Below the pieces are notes generated by a model. It ran no database searches. It was given only the letters and a program-made list of their open reading frames with translations, and had not been told where the DNA came from. A stretch of 64,000 nt of DNA from contig OZ244999.1 of NCBI GenBank assembly GCA_965223265.1, positions 2,912,001-2,976,000 on the forward strand, read 5' to 3'. Below are positions 22,574 through 31,624 of the stretch, piece after piece; the first letter of the stretch is position 1; every line of letters starts with the position of its first letter. A program made the translations under genes and the position numbers. The DNA comes from Planctomycetota bacterium. GTDB taxonomy: Bacteria; Planctomycetota; UBA8108; SXIK01.

Positions 22574-24859
22574 CTATCTTTCGCAGGCGTCGGCGGCAAA
22601 GTCTGAGAACGAATCTTCTGCTAGGAGCTGCTCCATCGCCTCAGCCGGCTGAGGAGGCGAAAACAGGTATCCCTGTCCGTACTCACAGTTCAGCGACTTG
22701 AGGGTGTGAAACTGATCTTCGCTCTCGATGCCTTCGGCGATGACCCGCATCCCGAGGTTGTGGGCCATCGAGACGATCGTCTTGACGATTTCGTAGTTCT
22801 TGTCCCGTCCAAGCATGCTGCCGACGAAGCTGCGGTCGATCTTCAGGGCACTCATGGGCAATTCGCTGAGATAGGCGAGAGACGAGTAACCCGTGCCGAA
22901 GTCGTCGATTTGCAACCCCACACCAAGGGCGCGAAGTTCGTTCAGCAGTGGGATGCTCGAGGCCCGATTCGTCATGATCAGGCTTTCCGTGATCTCGATG
23001 TGCAGCAGTTTCGGATCCAGTCCGACTTTCTTCACGATGTGTTCAACCCGTGACGGGAGATCCGCATGCGAAAACTGCCGACCTGAGAAATTCACGCTAA
23101 CTGTCAAGGGACGCGGAAGAATCGATTGCCATCGCACCACTTGCGCAGCGGCGGTTTCGAGAACGTATCGATCGATTGGGATGATCAATCCTGTCTCTTC
23201 GGCGAGAGGGATGAACTCGTTGGGCGGGATCAGTCCCTTCGTTCCATGTGACCAGCGGACCAAAGCTTCCACTCCGCTCACCGTCCCGGTGGGAAGGTGG
23301 ATGATCGGTTGGTAATGGATGACCAGCTCGTTTTTCCTGATGGCTCGATGTAGATCCGCCTCAAGGTCCATCTTTTTTCGCATTCGTGCGTGCTGCTCGT
23401 GGTCGAAGACGTGGTGCTTCACGTCTGCGTCCGATTTGGCGCGGTGCATCGCGGCTTCGGCATCACGCATCAGATCTTCACTGTTCGTGTACTCGTCCCT
23501 ACTGAGTGCGATCCCGATCGTCGTCGTGGCGTAGATGTCTTGTGAGTGAATCTTGAACGGCTGTTCGACTTCCTCTTGGATGCGCAGGACTGTGCGCATG
23601 GCTTCGTTTTCGGTCTCGATGTCTTCGAGTAGGATCGCGAATTCATCGTCCCCGAGACGGGCGACGCAGTCCCCCTCTCGGAGTGAGTCCTCTAGTCGAG
23701 CTCCGATCGCGGACAGAAGTTTGTCGCCGATGGCGTGGCCGAACGTGTCGTTGACGACGCTAAAGCGGTCGACATCGATCACGGCAACGGCGATTCTTCG
23801 CTCGGGATGCCGCTTGTAGCGATGAATAGCGCGTCGAACGTAATCGTAGAAGAGGAACCGATTCGCCAAACGGGTCAACGGATCATAGAAGTTCGAATCG
23901 ACCGTCGCTCGCAGGAGAGCTTCGTCGAGCTGCTTGCCCGCTTCGACGACTTTGATGGCGATGCACGCGAAATCTTTGCCCGCGAGTCGAAAGCGACGGA
24001 TCCCGGCTTCGACCGCGAAAGGCCAGCCCTTCTTGGGTTTGCAGTTCGTTTCAGATACGAAGCTGTCGACGTCTTGGAGATCGTGCCATAGACCGACCCA
24101 TTCTTGGCGAGAAAGGTTGTCCAGGATGTCCCACGTCTTGACTCGGGCTAACTCCGAATCGAGATAGTTCAGGAGTTTGCAGGCGCGGTCGTTCACGTGA
24201 ACGATGTCGCCGTCGTGGGTGGCGATGAGAACCGGATCTGTGAATGCGCAAAGACCTTGGTGCAGAAATGCGGCCGACAGGTCTGTCTCGAAGTCCGTGC
24301 TCTTTATGACCATCAGCGCCGCTGTAATCGCTTCAGAGTCTGAGCGGATCGGCAGCGCCTTGACGACGACGCGAAGCATGCGCTTTTTTCCGGGTTGGCG
24401 AAGGAAAAACTCAGCAGGGCCGAACGACGTGCCTTCGAAAGCACGCGATAGGGGATTGTTTCCCGCGCGTATCGGGCGTCCGGTGGAAGGATCGATCAAA
24501 ACCAGATGGGTTGCCCATGTGAGGGCGTCCTGTTGCGGGGGCGTTGAGCTCAGGATTTCTTCTGCTGCAGTATTGACGAATAACAGGTCCCCGGATCGAT
24601 CCACGATGAGGATCCCTTCGTCCACTGCGTCGAACGCAGCGGTGACGATTGCCGGTGAGATTTCGAGATCGATGGCGGTGGACACTTGAACTCCTGAGCC
24701 CGCGACATTCCCTACGTCGCCCAGAATTTGGCTGCGAAGGGTTTCCTCCCAATCCAATCGCGATCCTCCGAGAGAAGTTTTGGTAGTCGATCCAAACTGC
24801 TGCTCGACGGAGCCATGATCGCAACCACTCGGAGGAATTTCGGCCACCATGGTCGCCAT
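22574..24859 (-). CDS. PAS-PAS-GGDEF-EAL protein (probable c-di-GMP phosphodiesterase)
   Basis: Two PAS-like segments, YDPLT.L.NR, RLGDDEF, EALVRW, DDFGTGYSSL, GQGYLF. Confidence 0.9.
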   Translation of the reverse strand: MATMVAEIPPSGCDHGSVEQQFGSTTKTSLGGSRLDWEETLRSQILGDVGNVAGSGVQVSTAIDLEISPAIVTAAFDAVDEGILIVDRSGDLLFVNTAAEEILSSTPPQQDALTWATHLVLIDPSTGRPIRAGNNPLSRAFEGTSFGPAEFFLRQPGKKRMLRVVVKALPIRSDSEAITAALMVIKSTDFETDLSAAFLHQGLCAFTDPVLIATHDGDIVHVNDRACKLLNYLDSELARVKTWDILDNLSRQEWVGLWHDLQDVDSFVSETNCKPKKGWPFAVEAGIRRFRLAGKDFACIAIKVVEAGKQLDEALLRATVDSNFYDPLTRLANRFLFYDYVRRAIHRYKRHPERRIAVAVIDVDRFSVVNDTFGHAIGDKLLSAIGARLEDSLREGDCVARLGDDEFAILLEDIETENEAMRTVLRIQEEVEQPFKIHSQDIYATTTIGIALSRDEYTNSEDLMRDAEAAMHRAKSDADVKHHVFDHEQHARMRKKMDLEADLHRAIRKNELVIHYQPIIHLPTGTVSGVEALVRWSHGTKGLIPPNEFIPLAEETGLIIPIDRYVLETAAAQVVRWQSILPRPLTVSVNFSGRQFSHADLPSRVEHIVKKVGLDPKLLHIEITESLIMTNRASSIPLLNELRALGVGLQIDDFGTGYSSLAYLSELPMSALKIDRSFVGSMLGRDKNYEIVKTIVSMAHNLGMRVIAEGIESEDQFHTLKSLNCEYGQGYLFSPPQPAEAMEQLLAEDSFSDFAADACER

Positions 24860-25232
24860 GATCCGTGCCGCTCGCGGGGTCCACGCCCCCTCGATGCCGC
24901 TTCGAACCGAAGGGCCTCCGCCGATGGGTTGAGACGTTCCTTTCGACCTTCATCGACTAGCGAAACGCTTTCGAGTACTTGGAGCGTTTGCGTGCTCACC
25001 ATTGATCGACCAAAACTGAGTCGAAGGTGAATCGACTAGTTCGAGTAGAAGGCCGGTAAAGGTGGCAGGGTCGGTCTCGACGGGTCGGTGTGAAGGTCGA
25101 CGCGTCGTATGCCCGGCTGCAGCTCGACTTGAGGGCTTGCTACATCGCTGCCTAACGGCACGTAAGGCACACCGGCCGCGCGGAGAGGAGCCGCCCCTCT
25201 CCTTGGTCTGCGACGTTCGAGTTTCCCGGTCG

Positions 25233-26078
25233 CTATTTCGGTGCCGAGAGAGAGAAATCGAGTCGCGCCGTTTTTCCGGCCTCGATCTTGAGCTTTTTCT
25301 GGACCACCTTGCCCTTGATCGGAGCTAATCTCTCGTGCCACGCACGAATATCGTATTCGCCGGGTGGCACGTTGACGATCTTGAACCGCCCTTCGACTCC
25401 GGAGACGTCGAAGAGTTCGTGTGGGAACACCTGCACGTGCGCTGACATCCAGGGATGAAAGTCACACTTGAGCATGAACCAGCCAGGTCGGCGCAGTCGT
25501 CTTCGAGGGATTTCGCCACCGACTGGTACGACGAGGTTGAAGTTGTCGAGGAAGAGCCCTCGGGAGTTGTGAAGGAACGAATCGTTGTTGGTGATTCTGA
25601 GCGTGCTGCCAGCTGTCGTCGCCTGCACGTGCGGGACGAAGGAGCAGTTCTTGTTGTCGATGACGATTTTGCGCTTCTTTGGCCGCTGTGCTGGCTTGTA
25701 GCCGTCGACTGAGACGACGACGTTGGCGACCTCTCGTCCTTCACCCAAGATCAAAATCTCTGACCGGACGTGCTTCGCACAGGCGGAGTGATCTTTGTTT
25801 GTCTTCGGAACTTCGATGGGCGCGATCTCGGGTGGGTCACCTTGTAGTAGAATCGAGCCTTCGATGGCTCCCAACGAAGGATCCTGTTCCGGGTAGGTTT
25901 TCTTAGGGGGCGCCTGTTCGGTTTTTCCGGCCTTCGGAGCTGTCTCTTTCGGCTTGCTGTCTGCCGCCGCGGCTTTTGTCTCGGGTGACGTCGACGTCTC
26001 GTCGGCTTGAACGAGTAGGATTGAGACGAAGCAAGCGATGGCCAGGGCAGCCGTCGAGATGACGCCGATTCTGCTCAT
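25233..26078 (-). CDS. Secreted cupredoxin-like / carboxypeptidase-regulatory-like domain protein
   Basis: Signal peptide; C.FVPHV, LHN, CDFHPWM, G.F.I.NVPPGEY.I.AWHE. Confidence 0.7.
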   Translation of the reverse strand: MSRIGVISTAALAIACFVSILLVQADETSTSPETKAAAADSKPKETAPKAGKTEQAPPKKTYPEQDPSLGAIEGSILLQGDPPEIAPIEVPKTNKDHSACAKHVRSEILILGEGREVANVVVSVDGYKPAQRPKKRKIVIDNKNCSFVPHVQATTAGSTLRITNNDSFLHNSRGLFLDNFNLVVPVGGEIPRRRLRRPGWFMLKCDFHPWMSAHVQVFPHELFDVSGVEGRFKIVNVPPGEYDIRAWHERLAPIKGKVVQKKLKIEAGKTARLDFSLSAPK

Positions 26079-26303
26079 AGGTCGTTCCTTGTCCTTATTA
26101 CGTGTGGCTCGGCTCAATTCAACCTCGTGTCGGATGGGACAATCGTGAGACGCTGGCTGAGCTGATTTCATTCAAAATCACATGGTGTTTGCGGGTCTCT
26201 AACGACCGATCGCGCGGTCTGTCGGTGGCAGCGTGGAAGGAAGCATTCTACAAGCAATACGCCGGCGATTGAAGAGGGGCGTTCCTTGGACGCCGTAGAG
26301 TCG

Positions 26304-27617
26304 CTAGCGCTTCTGGGAGTCTTCGAGGAGCCCCTCCACGGCGGTGGCGGCTTGTTGCCAGATCGGGTCGCCCGAGTTTAGCTGACGGCGCAAGACAGTC
26401 CGGTAGTGCGGCTGTAACCTGAGGCACCTATCGAGAGCGGTCAAAGCCTGGGCGACCTCGCCAAGCCGTAGCCAAATGCGCGCTGCGTCGAAGAGACGCT
26501 GGGCGTCACCAGGTGATCTGCGGACGTATTCCTCGATCACGCGTTCCACAGTTGCGCGGTCGCGGTCTTCGGCCGCAAGAGTAGCTTGCGAGAAGAGTAG
26601 AGCGTCCCACGTTGGATGCCGCTCGAGCGCTTCGCGCAGGAGCTGCCGCGCCGCCGCACGGTCGCCGGCCGCAAAACGAATCCGCGCGCGAGAGATCGGG
26701 TCACGACGAAGGCTCAACTGAACCAGGCGACGTAGCTCCTGGACTGGTCGTGGGTGGTCATCCACGCGCACGTCAACATAGCGATCGTTGAGTCCCGCAT
26801 AGCCACCTCTGAGCCGGACGACCACGCATGCGGCTGACTGCTGCCCACGGACATCGCCGCCAGCGGCCTGTCCGGCTGCGAGCGCTGTGACCAGCCGCTC
26901 CGCCAGCTCGCCGCGGCTTTGGCGGTAGGCCGAGGCCATCGCTTTCACCGTCGCCTCGCTCACCAAGAGGTTTCCTTGCACGGCGAACGCGTCGCCGCGT
27001 TCGTGTCCGGCCCAGGAGTAGCACTCGGCGCCGGTATGGGCAGCCACCCGGCCGTTCGCGCCGACGATGGCGACTTGCCGCTGGGCACTCTGAGGGTCGG
27101 ACGCGAGCAGCGCCTCGAGAGCCTTTTGCGGTGCTTCACCCCTCCTGAGTGCGGCGAGAGCGCGAGGCCCGAACGTCGTGTTGGCGAACGCTTGCGTGGC
27201 GACAGCACCCACCCCGGCCTCCGCCCACGGAACGACCGCGCCGACGGCGAAGAACTTTGACTGCACGGCAACACCGAGGTCCTCAGTCGCGGCGTCGTAG
27301 GCGACAATCGAGAACGTTGCCGTCGGTGTCGTCGTCGCCTGGGGAGATGGGGATGTGTTCGCAGCGTCTGCGGCCGATCGCTTACTGTCGTCACGAACCG
27401 CTGCATGTCGACCGACCTGGCCGCTAGCGGGCGGTGCCCTTGTCACTGTGGCGCAGCTGGCGGCGGTGACGATCAACGCGGCAAAGAGCAGCGCGCTTTC
27501 TGTAACAAAGGCAGCCGCGTCCGAGTGGATGGGCCGTGCTGGACGACTGACACGCGACCAAGCTATAACGTACCAAGTGTCTGGTTGAGTCGCTGAAACT
27601 CGACTTGAATCGTGCAA
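26304..27617 (-). CDS. DUF1028 (Ntn-hydrolase-like) protein with C-terminal TPR-like helices
   Basis: TFSIVAYD, GVAVQSKF.AVG, QGNLL, AGGDVRG.QSA, DVRVDDH; start uncertain. Confidence 0.8.
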   Translation of the reverse strand: MHDSSRVSATQPDTWYVIAWSRVSRPARPIHSDAAAFVTESALLFAALIVTAASCATVTRAPPASGQVGRHAAVRDDSKRSAADAANTSPSPQATTTPTATFSIVAYDAATEDLGVAVQSKFFAVGAVVPWAEAGVGAVATQAFANTTFGPRALAALRRGEAPQKALEALLASDPQSAQRQVAIVGANGRVAAHTGAECYSWAGHERGDAFAVQGNLLVSEATVKAMASAYRQSRGELAERLVTALAAGQAAGGDVRGQQSAACVVVRLRGGYAGLNDRYVDVRVDDHPRPVQELRRLVQLSLRRDPISRARIRFAAGDRAAARQLLREALERHPTWDALLFSQATLAAEDRDRATVERVIEEYVRRSPGDAQRLFDAARIWLRLGEVAQALTALDRCLRLQPHYRTVLRRQLNSGDPIWQQAATAVEGLLEDSQKR

Positions 27618-27637
27618 TCGTAGATTGACTCCTGGCG

Positions 27638-28600
27638 ATGATGGAAGCTTTACCGCTATACAGCGATCTCGGCCATTTGAGTTGTCTTGACTATCTCTGC
27701 CTTCTTTTGCCGGACCGATCTCGTCGGATTCTCGCCGAGCTCTTCGCTGCTGGCAAGGTGCGAAGCAATGGGCGTCCTATTTCGCCGCGTTCGCCGGTTG
27801 GCGAGCTGCGAGACCTCGTGCTGCACCAGACGGTCGAGTCCATCGACACGATGTTTGCGCAGTGTCAGCCGGCAGGCGAGCGTCTCGCCGTAGCGGACCC
27901 AACGATCCTTCACGAGGATGGTCGGCTCGTCGTGCTCGCGAAACCAGCTGGCCTGCCGGTGGTGCCGGCACGAGACCGCGGCTGTGGAAGCTGTCTCGAG
28001 TTCCTCACGCGCCGTGAGATGGCCATTCGCGTTCGCAAGGCGCCAGCCGAGTACGTACGCTACCGCGTCGCGCATCGAATCGACCGCATGACGAGTGGCG
28101 TCGTAATCCTAGCAAAGACTCCGGAGGCAGAGCGCCAGCTCGGTGCGGATTTGGCTGCGCGGCGCGTCGTCAAGGAGTACGACGCGTTATTGAGCGGCTG
28201 TGTCGCCGCGGCCCGCGTACGTGTCCTCTGCCCGATCGCGCCGGGGAGGCGGGGTAAGATGCGAGTCGTCGCAGACGATGTGCCCGCCGCCAAGGCGGCT
28301 GAGACGAGGTTCGACGTCATCGAACGTTTCGGTTGCACCACGTGGGTGCGAGCCATCCCGGCGACCGGTCGTCAACACCAGATTCGAGTCCATGCCTGGG
28401 CGTTTGGGCACCCGCTTGCCATCGACCCGCTCTATCGTGGTGCGCAGGGCTGTCGCGCCGTACGCGACATGCATCGTTTGACCCTTCACGCATCGCGCTA
28501 CGAGCTACCGAGAAGCTGGGCGTTACCGCGCGCGTTCGTCGCGCCGCTCCCTGACGATTTCGCCGCAGCCATTGCAGCTTTGCAAGCGTCAGCTCAGTAG
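27638..28600 (+). CDS. RluA-family RNA pseudouridine synthase
   Basis: KPAGL, HRIDRMTSG (catalytic Asp), TGRQHQIRVH, LHA. Confidence 0.9.
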   Translation: MMEALPLYSDLGHLSCLDYLCLLLPDRSRRILAELFAAGKVRSNGRPISPRSPVGELRDLVLHQTVESIDTMFAQCQPAGERLAVADPTILHEDGRLVVLAKPAGLPVVPARDRGCGSCLEFLTRREMAIRVRKAPAEYVRYRVAHRIDRMTSGVVILAKTPEAERQLGADLAARRVVKEYDALLSGCVAAARVRVLCPIAPGRRGKMRVVADDVPAAKAAETRFDVIERFGCTTWVRAIPATGRQHQIRVHAWAFGHPLAIDPLYRGAQGCRAVRDMHRLTLHASRYELPRSWALPRAFVAPLPDDFAAAIAALQASAQ

Positions 28601-28719
28601 GTTCTCCGAGGCTGAGGGCTCCTGGCGTCGATTGCTGCGCTCATCGGTGACTCGTTCCGCTGCGTTTCCTCGTGCGTGAGTCGCAGCGTGCTGATCCGAC
28701 TGCCTCGGTCCGCAGTTAA

Positions 28720-28878
28720 CAGCCCGTTGAAAAAGTCATTCGGCCGAGAAACTGGCCTCTTCACGCCCAGATCGACTGCGGCGAGCCTCGATAATCTCGG
28801 AGATTACCTACGTTCGCCGCGGCCGATCTGGACGCGAAGCGACCAGTTTTCGACTCGAAGCACTTTTTCAACAGGCTG
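28720..28878 (+). mobile_element. MITE family A, copy 1 (159 bp)
   Basis: TIRs CAGCCCGTTGAAAAAGT / ACTTTTTCAACAGGCTG; flanked by TTAA duplication; homologous copies near 49 kb. Confidence 0.85.
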
Positions 28879-28887
28879 TTAAGCACC

Positions 28888-30144
28888 CTACGGGCGCCAC
28901 TTGCCCTGCGCGACGCTTGGCACAAAGTCGTCGAGCCCCGGCGGCGGGAACTCGAGCACCCTTTTTTCTTCCGAAGACTGGTAGCACGCCATCAATGTGC
29001 GCACAACCTCGTGTCCGTCGTGCCACGTTTCGTCAGGCATCGCGGCGCTGAGAAAGCGCTGGACCATGTGACGGTTTTCAGCCTCGTAACCGTAGTAGCC
29101 TGCCTCGTTGGCCAGGACCGGGCTTAACCCTTGCTCTGCGTTTTGTTTCTCGACCAAATCTTCGCCGGCGTCGCCAGAGACGCGGCGGCTGAAGAACACT
29201 TTCAGATCGGAGTCCAACGAGTTAATCGCCATCGCGTACTCCGGGCCGAGAAGCTCAAATGACAATCGTAGACCAGAGCCGACGAAGCTCCACGACGTGC
29301 TCGCCTCGAGGATGAGCTCGTTGCCGTCGGCGTCGGTGTACGATAGGTTCGCGCGCGCAAAGTCTTCGGCTGGTGCTTGGCTATAGTCCACCCCGCTCAT
29401 GTTCTGCTTGAGTTCGGCGGCATATTCGGGGCGACCCCACTTCAGCACCGCGATCGTCGCGTTGACACTCTTAAGTCGAATCGAATCGCGTGGCTTCGAT
29501 GGGTCGGTCAGAAGAAGGCGACCTGCTTCGACGGAATGGCACAGCATGTCGTTGAGGACGCCGCCTCCCTGCCGCGTTCCATCCCAAAACCAAGGATTGT
29601 GGGGTCCGGAGTGTTCTTCCGCCGTGCGCGCTAGATATGGACGCCCGGCGATGGCTGCACCACGGCGCCAGATGATCTCGCGGCCTCGCACGACCGACGG
29701 TGTGAACACCTGATTCTCAAGATACCCGTGCGGCAGGCCGGAGCTGACAGCGAGATCGAGCATTCGCTTCGCTTCCTTGACGTTGCGTCCGAGCGGCTTC
29801 TCGCACGCGACGCCCTTCAGCTCGGCTTTGCCTTGATCATGAAGGCTGAACACTTCCTCAGCGTTCTCGACGCGTTTGTGGTTCGGTCCGGCGATCCATA
29901 TGGCGTCGATTTCAGGAGCGCAAACCATTTCCTCCAGAGAGCTAAAGGCACGGCAGCGTTTGTCGCCACGCGTTCCGACACCGAGGTCGATTGCCTGCTG
30001 CGCAGCACTGGCGGCATTGTCACGATTCGGGCTCCAGATTCCCAGGATATCGGCGTCACGCACGGCCTGAAAACTCTGCAGATGAAAGCGCGTCATGAAC
30101 CCGCTACCGATAAACCCGATTCCAAGTCGGGGGGCATCGCTCAT
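28888..30144 (-). CDS. Gfo/Idh/MocA oxidoreductase
   Basis: GFIGSGF Rossmann motif, CEKPLG, GGGVLNDMLCH. Confidence 0.9.
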   Translation of the reverse strand: MSDAPRLGIGFIGSGFMTRFHLQSFQAVRDADILGIWSPNRDNAASAAQQAIDLGVGTRGDKRCRAFSSLEEMVCAPEIDAIWIAGPNHKRVENAEEVFSLHDQGKAELKGVACEKPLGRNVKEAKRMLDLAVSSGLPHGYLENQVFTPSVVRGREIIWRRGAAIAGRPYLARTAEEHSGPHNPWFWDGTRQGGGVLNDMLCHSVEAGRLLLTDPSKPRDSIRLKSVNATIAVLKWGRPEYAAELKQNMSGVDYSQAPAEDFARANLSYTDADGNELILEASTSWSFVGSGLRLSFELLGPEYAMAINSLDSDLKVFFSRRVSGDAGEDLVEKQNAEQGLSPVLANEAGYYGYEAENRHMVQRFLSAAMPDETWHDGHEVVRTLMACYQSSEEKRVLEFPPPGLDDFVPSVAQGKWRP

Positions 30145-30355
30145 CGTGAACTCCGAGGAATTGTCTGTGGGGATAGCTTCTTTCGCACTGTGAGGGTATG
30201 AGTGTAACCCGAACTCGCGGGTGGACCTCGCTAAAGGATGTAAGAATGTGAGTAGCGAAAAGCCATCGTTTTTTCGGTCCAACTTCTCGTCATCCGCGCA
30301 GGTCGCAATGAACGTGGGTCGATCGCTTCTTTTCCGGCCGATTGATTGAGTGCAT

Positions 30356-31588
30356 ATGAAAGTCCTTACTTTGACCCGTGAGTATCCTCCGTACGTCTAC
30401 GGTGGAGCCGGCGTCCATGTCGATCACTTGACCCGTGAGCTTGCACGTATCATGGACGTTGAGGTGCGTTGCTTTGGCGATCAGAGTGCGCCCGGTGCAG
30501 CGTCGCCGAGCGTACGTGGCTTCGTGCCCTCCGAGGCGACGCTGGCGCATGCAGACCGCCTCCTGCGGCGAAGTCTGGAACCCCTCTCGGTGGGGGTTTC
30601 TATGGCCGCAACTCCCGTCGATGCCGACGTGCTGCACTGCCACACGTGGTACTCGATGGCGGCGGGGTTTTGGATGAAGCTACTCTATGATTTGCCTCTC
30701 GTCATCACGACCCACTCTCTTGAACCGCTGCGGCCGTGGAAAGCAGAGCAGCTGGGCCGAGGCTACCAGCTTTCGAGTTGGATCGAGAAGACGGCGATCG
30801 AAGCTGCGGATGCGATCGTCGCGGTTTCGAGCGGAACCCGACGTGAGGTCCTCGACTGCTACGACGTCGATCCGAAACGTGTGCACGTCGTCTACAACGG
30901 CGTCGACCCCAGCGTCTATCGACCGACGGATCCAGCTCCAGCGCTTGCCAAGTACGGCATTCCGAGCGATCGCCCTTACCTGTTGTTTGTCGGGCGTGTC
31001 ACGCGGCAGAAAGGCGTCACCCACCTCGTTCGAGCGCTCGAGCACGTCACGCCGCAGCTGAATGCCGTGTTGTGTGCGGGCGCGCCTGACACGTCGGAGA
31101 TCGAACAGGAGATGGAGGCCGCTGTCAGTGACGTTCGGGCTCGCCGCGGCGGCGTCTACTGGGTGCGCGACATGGTGCCGGTCCCTGATTTGGCAGCGCT
31201 CTACAGCGGCGCATCTCTGTTCGTCTGTCCGTCGATCTACGAGCCATTCGGGATCATTAACCTCGAGGCGATGGCGACAGGATGTCCGGTCGTCGCCAGC
31301 AGTGTTGGCGGCATCCCCGAGGTGGTCGTCGACGGTGAGACTGGAGTCCTGGTGTCGTTCGAGCCTCGCGGCAACGGTGATTTCGCGCCCAAAGACCCCG
31401 AACGCTTTGCCGTCGATCTCGCCGCCGCGATCGAGTCCCTTCACGCCGATCCTGACGCGCGCGCTAGAATGGGAGAGGCCGGGCGCAAACGCGTCGCGGA
31501 GCTGTTCACCTGGCCGAGCATCGCGGCTCAGACAAAGTCGCTCTACGAGCGTGTTGTGGCCGCTACATCTGGCGCGCATTCGCGCTGA
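30356..31588 (+). CDS. glgA: GT4 glycogen synthase / GlgM-type alpha-maltose-1-phosphate synthase
   Basis: TREYPPYVYGGAGVHV, HCHTWY, HSLEPLRPWKAEQLG.GY, EPFGIINLEAMA. Confidence 0.85.
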   Translation: MKVLTLTREYPPYVYGGAGVHVDHLTRELARIMDVEVRCFGDQSAPGAASPSVRGFVPSEATLAHADRLLRRSLEPLSVGVSMAATPVDADVLHCHTWYSMAAGFWMKLLYDLPLVITTHSLEPLRPWKAEQLGRGYQLSSWIEKTAIEAADAIVAVSSGTRREVLDCYDVDPKRVHVVYNGVDPSVYRPTDPAPALAKYGIPSDRPYLLFVGRVTRQKGVTHLVRALEHVTPQLNAVLCAGAPDTSEIEQEMEAAVSDVRARRGGVYWVRDMVPVPDLAALYSGASLFVCPSIYEPFGIINLEAMATGCPVVASSVGGIPEVVVDGETGVLVSFEPRGNGDFAPKDPERFAVDLAAAIESLHADPDARARMGEAGRKRVAELFTWPSIAAQTKSLYERVVAATSGAHSR

Positions 31589-31624
31589 CGAGGACAGGGC
31601 AGAATCGCGTCAGTGGTCGACGAT

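Noticed and set aside
28676-28882. Short ORFs sharing SPLKKSFGR (also 49012..49197 and 49536..50105)
   Set aside because: Translations of the MITE copies, not a protein family
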